Shown here: positions 7,208 to 15,600 of the stretch, one piece after another
Layout: each line of letters starts with the position of its first letter
Numbering within the stretch: position 1 is the first letter of the stretch
Assembly (NCBI GenBank): GCA_965223575.1
Contig: CBDCWZ010000010.1
Location: 1-64,000 of the forward strand
Reading direction: 5' to 3'
DNA length: 64,000 bases
DNA from: Kofleriaceae bacterium
Lineage (GTDB): Bacteria > Myxococcota_A > Polyangia > Haliangiales > Haliangiaceae
Notes under the pieces: model-generated
Database searches by the model: none
Told to the model about the DNA's origin: nothing
The model's input: the letters and a program-made list of their open reading frames with translations, nothing else
Position numbers and translations under genes: made by a program

Positions 7208-7276
7208 GCCTCGCGGGACGGATCCCAGCTGGGTCTTCTAAACCCGGCGCTCCAGGTTCAATTCCTGGGCGAGGTA
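7208..7276 (+). tRNA. tRNA-Arg(TCT)
   Basis: acceptor gcctcgc/gcgaggt; anticodon stem tgggt/acccg, loop cttctaa; T-arm ccagg-ttcaatt-cctgg; short D-arm. Confidence 0.55.
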
Positions 7277-7277
7277 C

Positions 7278-7345
7278 GGCTCCTCTGATGGACCAGTCCC
7301 GGCTCTTCTAAAGCTGGAGAGAGCGTTCGATTCGCTCAGGAGCCA
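7278..7345 (+). tRNA. tRNA-Arg(TCT), second copy
   Basis: acceptor ggctcct/aggagcc; anticodon stem cggct/agctg, loop cttctaa; T-arm gagcg-ttcgatt-cgctc. Confidence 0.55.
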
Positions 7346-7548
7346 CTTCGCGCCCCGAACACGCGAAGACTCCTACAGCTTCGCGCGTATTTCGCCACCT
7401 CAACCGTACTGGTCATTGATCCGGGTGGATGTCCGCCCATCGCACGCCGAACTTCGCAAGGTACTTGCGAACACGATCTGAATCGTTGGCGCTCGAGACT
7501 TGGGCGAAATCGATACGTTTCGAAATACGGCGAAATAAGGGGTCAGAC

Positions 7549-7582
7549 TGAAGTTATAACTTCAGTCTGACCCCACTTTTCC
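7549..7582. terminator. strong rho-independent terminator hairpin, probably bidirectional
   Basis: ggggtcagactgaagtt-ataa-cttcagtctgacccc followed by ACTTTT; T-rich on the complement as well. Confidence 0.7.
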
Positions 7583-7659
7583 CGTCAACCAATTCTCACG
7601 GCTTACTCCAGATTGTTGCCAGCATACGGTTCTCCCGCTATCTCTACTATAATCAATCA

Positions 7660-8850
7660 ATGCTCTGCGTGTTTTGCAATTCTCTGTTGCCTTCGAAGAA
7701 GCCCGAACATGTAGTGAGCGCCTTCCTCGGTGGAAGACGAAGCTCAAGGAATCTGCTCTGTGATCTCCACAATGAAACGTTCGGCGGCTCATTTGAACGC
7801 CACGCGGCCAAAGGACTAGCCTCTCTGGCGAACATGCTTGGTGTCAGGAGCGGTCGCCGGCGAGCACCGCCACAAATTCAGGGCATTAAGGGACCAGACA
7901 AGTCTGAGACTTACACGCTCTTGCCAGGAGCAAAGATCATTCAACCCAAAGCGAAGGTCGAGATCGACGAGTCGGAGAACGGGCAGGTTCGAATACGCAT
8001 CAGAGCTGATGCAACCAAAGGCCATCAGATCCATAAGATTCTGGAGAGTTTCGCAGCCAAGTACGGAACCACGCTAGACGAAACGATTTTAGCCCAAGCC
8101 AACGTTACACAGATTCAACTCCCATCGCCCATTGAACTTGATATCACCCTAGGGCCGGACCTGCTGCGTTCACTCTCAAAAATCTCGTTACTACTTCTCG
8201 CTACCAAGACCGGTACAGTCGCGGTTCGAGGCTCCGCCTTTGAGGATGTTCGCAGGTTCATCGAGATCGGCGGACCAAGCAGTGAGTTCATTCGGATGAA
8301 TTCGGCAGCAAAGCTACCAACCATAGTAGGTCTGCACGAACCAGCAGTAGCCGTGCATCGTTTTTTGGTGTACGCAACTCGCGAATTCGGCTGTTTTGCG
8401 ACAATCGAACTGTATGGATGTTTTCTATTCACAGGCCTTCTTTCCAAGGAGTGGAACTCTGAAAATATTAGCGTTGGCCACTCGGTCAACCCCATCACCG
8501 AGCAACACTTCGTAGCTTATAATTTCAGTTCATCACCAATTTCGATTGACCAATTTGCTACTATCAAAGGCGATCAGGTAGCCACCAATGGCCGGCTGGA
8601 CAATCTGTTGAGCTTCGCAATAAGGCGTATGCAACAGCAAGCTCTTGAAGAAATGGTCGCACGATGTATTAATGAAAGCATTGGTAAGAGCGAGGATGTC
8701 ATTACTGAGGAAATGATCGCCAAATTGACCATGTCCTTTGCCGAGCAGTTCGTTGCTACGCAGAAGGGATACGTTCTAGAGCGACAACTCACCATTGACG
8801 ACGTTATTCCTCGAACTCCGACAGGAGAGCCCGACGGCCCTGATGAGTGA
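7660..8850 (+). CDS. HNH_5-type nuclease domain protein (N-terminal HNH, uncharacterised C-terminal ~300 aa); defence-like standalone gene
   Basis: CVFCNSLLP…PEHVVSAFLGG…LCDLHNETFGG fits the C.YC…EH.IP.SLGG HNH_5 pattern. Confidence 0.6.
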   Translation: MLCVFCNSLLPSKKPEHVVSAFLGGRRSSRNLLCDLHNETFGGSFERHAAKGLASLANMLGVRSGRRRAPPQIQGIKGPDKSETYTLLPGAKIIQPKAKVEIDESENGQVRIRIRADATKGHQIHKILESFAAKYGTTLDETILAQANVTQIQLPSPIELDITLGPDLLRSLSKISLLLLATKTGTVAVRGSAFEDVRRFIEIGGPSSEFIRMNSAAKLPTIVGLHEPAVAVHRFLVYATREFGCFATIELYGCFLFTGLLSKEWNSENISVGHSVNPITEQHFVAYNFSSSPISIDQFATIKGDQVATNGRLDNLLSFAIRRMQQQALEEMVARCINESIGKSEDVITEEMIAKLTMSFAEQFVATQKGYVLERQLTIDDVIPRTPTGEPDGPDE

Positions 8851-9102
8851 TATGGGGATGGTCGCGGTAGGAATGGCCCTTAGCACTCAAGGGTTCGGGC
8901 CACCCCCCGCACAGATCCCGGCGTGCACTACCAATGCACCGGGCTCCTGCCTCGGGTCAAACGCACAAGCGCTCGTTTGGATAAGGATGTGTGATGCGGA
9001 CTGTGGGGATCCATTTGTCTGCCAACCGATACATTCGCTTCCAGGTCATCCTGGTTTTGTCGCTTCGCCGCCTCAGGCTACGATACCACAAGTGGAGGGA
9101 AT

Positions 9103-9188
9103 GGGGACGCGTTTCGACGGGAATGGGGACGCGTTTCGGAAGTTCGGAACTTCACAATTAGATTTCCGAACTTTCGAAACACGTCCCC
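9103..9188. repeat. ~65-bp imperfect palindromic repeat (1.3 copies); family also at 10171-10234 and 11298-11360
   Basis: GGGGACGCGTTTCGGAAGTTCGGAAC-ttcacaattag-ATTCCGAACTTTCGAAACACGTCCCC; flanked by short tandem motifs (acgggatgg ×3; ccattgtt ×3). Confidence 0.8.
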
Positions 9189-9251
9189 ATTGTTCTATAT
9201 GGTCTGCCAATATTGGATCCTGGTTTTCGTGGGGTGCGAGGGACTGGTGCC

Positions 9252-9746
9252 CTACGCAGCGAAATCTTCTTCAACTACCCAGCCTTTTTTAGCTGAACGG
9301 AACCCAAGCCTGAGTGGTATTGCTTCTTCTTCGATTTCTTGCAGTCGATCGATAGGATATTGCTGAATTGGGTCAAAGGTGGTTGCTGCGAGTCGAAGAA
9401 GTCTATCTGCAGTCGAGTTCATTTTTTGCGATCCCGACTCCCATCGCGAAACCGTCTCACGCTCGACGCCAAAGTGTCGGGCGAAGTCAGTCCCAGACCA
9501 ACCGAGTGATTTTCTGAGGAATCGGATTTCCTCCGGTGTGAGACGAGCTGATTTGGTACTAATGGCATAGACGATGACCCGATGAAGTTCCTCGACTTTG
9601 GGAATCCCAACAAACGATTCACCGCACGCACCACAACGCTTTACATTCACACCAATCAAGGTGACGCGAACTCCTTGGGCGTCGTACAGGTGATTTTCTC
9701 TCGCTGACTTGAGTTGCCCACCACAATGTATGCACTTCATGTCCAT
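9252..9746 (-). CDS. MqsA/YgiT-like antitoxin (N-terminal CxxC…CxxC zinc finger + C-terminal XRE-type HTH)
   Basis: MDMKCIHCGG…CGACGESF then …RFLRKSLGWSGTDFARHFGVERETVSRWESG. Confidence 0.7.
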   Translation of the reverse strand: MDMKCIHCGGQLKSARENHLYDAQGVRVTLIGVNVKRCGACGESFVGIPKVEELHRVIVYAISTKSARLTPEEIRFLRKSLGWSGTDFARHFGVERETVSRWESGSQKMNSTADRLLRLAATTFDPIQQYPIDRLQEIEEEAIPLRLGFRSAKKGWVVEEDFAA

Positions 9747-9755
9747 CTCCTTGAT

Positions 9756-10076
9756 TCAGCGGCCCATACGCCATGCTGTAACGGCCACAAGCTCCAGCTC
9801 ACTCCAGAAAGCAACCACAACAGTGATGCGCTGCGTTCGGACCTGATATCTCCAGGAACCATTTTCCCATTCGCCCTCGCCGACAACGCCGCCACGCATG
9901 ACGTTGCTACAATCAATTTCCGACAAGTTGTCGTTCGCCATTTCCTGCCGTGCATGCTTTGAGTAATAGACGGTTCCATTGGTGATGATTTCTCGGATGA
10001 GCCGTTTTGCGTCCGAACTACTGAGTGGCTCATCCATATGTGATCTTATATCACATATTGACTTATAGTCAAACAC
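9756..10076 (-). CDS. DUF4258-family (RelE/ParE-fold) toxin partner of the MqsA-like antitoxin
   Basis: …YYSKHARQEMANDNLSEIDC…; 106 aa; immediately upstream in the same operon, 9-nt intergenic. Confidence 0.55.
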   Translation of the reverse strand: MFDYKSICDIRSHMDEPLSSSDAKRLIREIITNGTVYYSKHARQEMANDNLSEIDCSNVMRGGVVGEGEWENGSWRYQVRTQRITVVVAFWSELELVAVTAWRMGR

Positions 10077-10170
10077 TGAATCGAATGCCCCCTACTGATT
10101 GAAATATCAACAATTTCGATCGATTGGGAACTAGGGGGAACGGGATGGGAACGGGATGGGGAAACGGGAT

Positions 10171-10234
10171 GGGGACGCGTTTCGGAAGTTCGGAACTTTG
10201 CAATTAGATTTCCGAACTTTCGAAACACGTCCCC
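10171..10234. repeat. palindromic repeat copy 2
   Basis: same sequence family as 9103-9188. Confidence 0.8.
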
Positions 10235-10724
10235 ATTGTTTCTTCCTCATTGTTTCTCTCTTTCTGAAAAAAGGGGGTGAAACGAATAGACGTTTGTACC
10301 GAGGACCTTAATACATTGATCTCTGAGCAACTAAATATTGTTCGAAGAAAGTTTTTTCCTGCAAAACGTATTGAGGAACATCAGCCGAGGGCGAGTAGAA
10401 ACGAATCCAGAACAGTTGGAAGACTCCTCAACGACCCATTCTTTCTTAGCTGCACGAAACCCAACCCCCCATAGGTATCGCTTCCTCTTCGATCTCTTGC
10501 CGGTCAGGATCTCACCCGTCCGCTGAATGTTCCAGAGTGGCCGGCTTGAAGAACCTGGAAAGGGCGGGTGACGTACCGGACGTTACAGGGATCTGGGGTA
10601 CAAGCATCCGGATATTTGGGTTCCTGGGCATGACGGTAGTATTCTTCACTATGAACCCAACGAGTAGACTGGAGCGAACGCCCTCTTCGCGATAGAATGT
10701 GTGGATTGACCTGGGTATTGCAGT

Positions 10725-11273
10725 TTGGGAACAAAGGGGGGCATTTCTATGGTTCGTAAAGTTCTCATTGGACTGGCAGGATTAGCTGGTGTACTTGCCA
10801 CAGTTGCCTGGTTTACAACTTCGTCTCCCAATCAAAACGAGCTGCGAATGATCAATATTAAGAACGCCAAAAATTATTTGGGAGTGTTAGTCGGCGGGCA
10901 GCCCAGCGATGAGGAGCTGAGGCATGCCGCAAAGTCCGGCTATCAGACGATTATTAACTTGCGTACGGCTTCTGAACCGGGGAGCGCTGAAGAAAAAGTA
11001 CTCGCGGAAAAGCTCGGCCTTGTTTACGTTTCGATCCCGACAGCAGGGGAGGCCGGATTGACTCGGGAAAATGCAACAGCTTTGCACGAGGCACTCAAGG
11101 CGGCATCAGGGCCAGTCATGCTTCATTGCGGTAGTGGAAACCGCGTCGGTGGTCTGATTGCTTTGCGCGCACACTATTTGTTAGGAATGCCCGCCAACAC
11201 TGCGCTAGAGGAAGGCAAGAAAGCGGGTCTCACAGGACTCGAACCCGCTGTGACACGCATCCTCGGCCTGTAA
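10725..11273 (+). CDS. membrane-anchored phosphatase-like protein (TIGR01244/DUF442 'beta-lactamase hydrolase-like' dual-specificity phosphatase fold)
   Basis: HCGSGNRVGG (CX5R P-loop); N-terminal hydrophobic segment; start may be the ATG at 10749. Confidence 0.6.
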   Translation: MGTKGGISMVRKVLIGLAGLAGVLATVAWFTTSSPNQNELRMINIKNAKNYLGVLVGGQPSDEELRHAAKSGYQTIINLRTASEPGSAEEKVLAEKLGLVYVSIPTAGEAGLTRENATALHEALKAASGPVMLHCGSGNRVGGLIALRAHYLLGMPANTALEEGKKAGLTGLEPAVTRILGL

Positions 11274-11297
11274 CGGAACGACCAACTCAGGGGGGAT

Positions 11298-11360
11298 GGG
11301 GACGCGTTTCGGAAGTTCGGAACTTCGCAATTAGATTTCCGAACTTTCGAAACACGTCCC
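11298..11360. repeat. palindromic repeat copy 3
   Basis: same family; directly downstream of the phosphatase gene stop. Confidence 0.8.
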
Positions 11361-11489
11361 CATTGTTCCATTGTTTTCCCATTGTTTTCTTCGGGCTCGA
11401 TTAGGGGCGAACATCCTCACCGGAGCTGAAATGGAAAACGCCCGACCAGGAATGGAAACCTAACCGGCCGTCTTCAAACTGCTTTCGCG

Positions 11490-11567
<78 letters not shown>

Positions 11568-11733
11568 TGCGTTGTAAGTTACTGCAATACTTAAAGTTGT
11601 CAAGAGGCAATCCGGCATCGTTTCATTCATAAGTGCCTAGTCCCCGGTTTGGTCTCCGGTTTTTGGCAACAAACATCGGCACAATTTGGCGAATCCGATG
11701 CTACTGCTTTTCATCAAGCCCAACATTTGAATA

Positions 11734-11916
11734 GTGCTCTTGCATCTCGACGGTGACATGACCGGTCAACGCCCGCCGAACGACGGGGTCAATCTTCGCC
11801 CTTCGAATCATATCCGAAAACACGCACACGCTACGCTAAAGGTTCGCCAACAGCTACCAGTCAGGTGGTCGGATTCGCCCCAGGGCTTCGTCGGTTGCGA
11901 GTTCAAGTTCGGCTAA
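11734..11916 (-). pseudogene. C-terminal fragment of a tyrosine recombinase/integrase gene
   Basis: DNA 11750-11830 matches the 3' end of the integrase fragment at 20900-21000 (gtgaccggtcaacgcccgccgaacga…). Confidence 0.5.
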
Positions 11917-11929
11917 CTCGGTTACGGCA

Positions 11930-12330
11930 CCACGACTGGTCGTCTGCCCGTTTGCTCAAGTGGACGATGGGCTCCTAGGTCCGCCCACCAGATTTCACCG
12001 CACTTCATCTAGCATCTTCTTCATCTAGCATCTTCTTCATCTAGCATCTTCTTCAGCCAGCATCTCGCACCACTCATCTATTCCTTGATCGGCAAGGGCA
12101 AGATCTTCTTCCTCGCCGGTATTAGCGAGCCTATTTAGGTCCCACCGCGCGGGGTCGGGATGACGGAGCACAATCACAGAGACATGCTCGCCTTGGCGAA
12201 GATCTAGACGTTGGCTGGGTTTGAGCACACCGTCACTGTATTCAGCTTCGATCGGCTTCACATTCAATAGATTAGCACGTTCGGCAACTATGGGCTATCG
12301 CCGTGATTTTAGCCCTAGAAAAAGCAACAA
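11930..12330. repeat. ~400-bp direct repeat, copy 1 (copy 2 at ~32450-32860); carries a DUF104-like antitoxin gene and the 5' end of mazF
   Basis: long near-identical stretches, e.g. tttgctcaagtggacgatggg…ccaccagatttc…cttcatctagcatcttcttca…. Confidence 0.75.
12037..12267 (-). CDS. DUF104-like (COG2880) putative antitoxin
   Basis: MNVKPIEAEYSDGVLKPSQRLDLRQGEHVSVIVL; second, frameshifted copy at ~32657-32780. Confidence 0.5.
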   Translation of the reverse strand: MNVKPIEAEYSDGVLKPSQRLDLRQGEHVSVIVLRHPDPARWDLNRLANTGEEEDLALADQGIDEWCEMLAEEDAR

Positions 12331-12676
12331 AAGCGAGAATTTCAAACAGATCGAGCGGTGTCTTCCCAAGAGGTTCCTTCGTCGGGATCCCGTTCGTACT
12401 CTGCTAGCCGTTCGTCCAATACTTCGCGGTGCGACCGGCTCGTAGAGCTTATCGATCTCGGTGGGACTCATCGCATGTCTCCGCGCAAGTTCGTTGCTCT
12501 CCTGCGCAAAGTTGTGACCTTTGAGCGTTGTCGCCGATCCTCGACGTGCTGGTTTAAACCCCACGAGTCACCGCATATGCACTATCACTTGGCCAGCCGC
12601 TCAACAGCTGCCCCCGAGGCCGCGGTTACTCCGAGTGCAGAAGGCCAGACACTCGGAAAGAATTGTCCTGCGCAGC

Positions 12677-15600
12677 TCATTGCCGTTCGTCCAGTTCGGC
12701 AAGCAGCTTGGCCAGCACTTTGCTGCGCTCTGGATCGCGCAGTAGTGTTTCACACGCTGCAAGTAGCTCTGCGCGGTTGCCCAAGTAGGCATCGGTTGTC
12801 TTCTCCAGGTACCGCGCTACGCGGAACAAGTCTGAGATCGGGACGGCACTTTTCCGTTTGCGGGAAGCCCGAACTGGCAACCAGCGTGGTCTCTGTGCGG
12901 GCTTGCCGGTCGGGGCAGGCGCCTTCCACGGACCAGGAGGCCTTGGGCCGACACGGAGGGGGCGACCCTCGCGGGTTGACGCCGCGTCCACAGGTAGCCA
13001 GCGCGAACCGTCGTTTGTTTCAACCAGCGCCATTGCCCACAGGTGATCCGGCTCGTCTACGAAACCGCGGTCAAACGTCCAACCCGTAGCGACAACAGCG
13101 GGAATGCCGGCGCGCCGGAGCAGTTCGCAAGCCAGTGCGTTGAGCTCATAACAGACGCCACGCCCCAGGGTGTCGGCGTCACTGCTTGCGTGCAGCGCCG
13201 CGACGTGTACATTGGAACGGCCGCGGCTTCGCTGCCGGAGCCAGGCTGCAACAGAAGGATCTTCGAGATAGGTGGGATCGTAAACGTAGCGCTCTCGAAT
13301 GAAGGAACGCACCGTTTCGGCCGCTGTGAGTACATCGGTCTCGTTGCGCGCGCTCGCCGCAATATCGTGCACTTCGTCCGGTAATTCCGCGTCCGCCACC
13401 GTGGGTTCCAGAAGTGCTCTGGGCGCACGACGCGGTCGGTCGCCGTTTTCCATGTTGGGCGGTTCAAAGAGCTCAACCTCGACAGTCACGACGGCGTCCT
13501 CTTTGTTAAGCCAAACAGAAAGCCCAGCGGCGTCAACCAGATGATCGAGACCATTCCCCATACCGTCGGCCTGTAGGAGAGACACTTGACCAAATAGGGG
13601 CACGGGTATCACCGCCTCTCCACCAGGCAACTTACCCCGCAAACGGACTCGACCCACAGAATCGGTGCCACGAAACCACGATCCATCGCCCACGAAACGC
13701 TGCCAGCTCTGACTCCAGGAGCTAAAGCCCGCGTAGAGGACTTGTGGCGCGTACTGGTATGGAAGTGGCAGCGACGCGGGCGAGTGGGCGAGACCGAAAG
13801 TTCCCGCCCGCTGGCGGTCAGCAAGCCAGCCTGTTCCGTCGGCTAGTTGTTCCTCGAGATTGCTCCGCGATCGAAACCAGCGGCGATCGCGCTTGGGGTC
13901 ACGACGCGCTGGGGGCGGACGTCTTTGCGACCTCGACCCAGACGGACCGCCAGCTGGCGGCGGAGCAAAAGAGCTTGGCTCGGACTTCGTGGAGTCCCGG
14001 CGGTCTGGCCGCGGCTTGGTCTCCTCATCTTGTTTGTCGTTTCCACGCAGCCATTGCCGCATGCGTGTCAAGAACCCTGGGCCCTCTTCCCCTTTGGGTG
14101 GGCTGGGCTCGCTCGGCTTCGGCTTGGCGGACTCTTCTGGCTCTGCGCCATGCTGGAACGTCTCCTGGATTGTGGGGCCGGTTGCGTTCTCCACAACGCT
14201 TGGGGGGCGACTGGTTTCTCTCGCTCCAATGCTGCTTACTACGCCGTAATGAGCTAGGTAGCTGGCCCAGGCAGAATGTTGCGCACCGTCAGCGAGTACA
14301 ATTTCGAACTCGCCTACGCCTTCATCCCCTGCGAATCTAATCCGCGCCGCTGCTTCTGGTAGCAGGCATACGTACAATTCCTCGTGCCTGTGGCATGCTA
14401 CAGCAAGTTGAGGAGGCTTGTGGCCACCACTGTCTACCAGAAGATCGAGGCACCGCGGCAGACGTTCGGCCCAAAGTTTCCCTTCGGCCTTGGCGACGCC
14501 ATCGGCCCAGTCCACGGTTGCACACAATTCTGAAATAAAGGAGACCACGTCGCGCTTTCCGGGCCGGCGTGCGATGCGCAAGGCCGACGCGAGGCGCCCG
14601 AGCTGTGCTCCCCGTGACCAATCGCCTCGTTGGTCTCCGAACCGGTAGCGGGCACCTTCGATGACAACCTCCCCGGGTCGCCGGAGCACGCCCAGGTCGT
14701 CAACGAGCATTGGAACATGACTGAGCGCATCGCGTAACTTGGTGCCGTCGATGCTGCCGGATGTGAGACCGGCATTGAGCCATGCCAGTACCTCGCTGCT
14801 CGCAGGCGGCTGAGCGGCGATGGTGGCCAGCACGTCCTCGAGGTCCGCGCTGGCACTATCTCGGGTGCCGATCCATTCATGTGCGTTGGGCACCCGATGA
14901 ACGACTTCAGGATGCACGAGACGATCTTCGCGTTCCCCGATGAGATCAGTGAGGTTATCCGAGGGCCAGTACAGTGCCTCGGGACGATGGGGTGTGCCAT
15001 TCTGATCGACGAGCCACGTGCGGTCACGAAGGGCCAGGGCATTTCGCAACTCCGGAATGCGGTGACCCAACCCCGCTACGTAACACGCAAGAGCGACTTT
15101 GGCGTCCGGGCCCGGTTTCAGCGCATTGCCGTCGAGAAATGAGCGTAAAGCATCTTCGCTGAGTTCTGCATCGGCTCCCGCGGCGACAAGCAGCGCTACC
15201 GTTTCGGCGGCCTCGTAGCGGCGAGACACCCGCTGGGGCATCGGGTCGGCGAAGCGCGCAATCAGATCACCATCGTGCGGCGTAGACGCCAATAGGGTTC
15301 TGGGCCGCTTAAACTCGCCGCTGGCACTTTCGACTCGGAGACGTTTTCGCAGCTGCAAGCGGCGCACACGATCACCGAACCCCTCTTGGTCGGGCCGCAG
15401 CGCCCGCGCGAGATGAGCAATGATCGACGCGAGCCTGTCGCCATCACGAGCGTCAATCGCCGCATCGGCGGCATCTAGCAGCTTGTCGCTCAGGGGGCGT
15501 AGCTGTTTGGTTGCGGGTCGATAGGCTGCGCGTAGCCATGTGACAAGCCGACTGGGCAGCTCGTCGGCGGGATTCCAATCGATGCCCAGGTCGGGCAGCT

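Noticed and set aside
8795-9292. 165-aa ORF overlapping the palindromic repeat region
   Set aside because: It spans non-coding repeats. Composition is typical of frame artefacts in GC-rich DNA.
9103-11360. Palindromic repeats as integron attC sites or CRISPR repeats
   Set aside because: No R'' or R' (GTTRRRY) core sites and no intI nearby. There are only 3 dispersed copies separated by whole genes, no regular repeat-spacer array and no cas genes.
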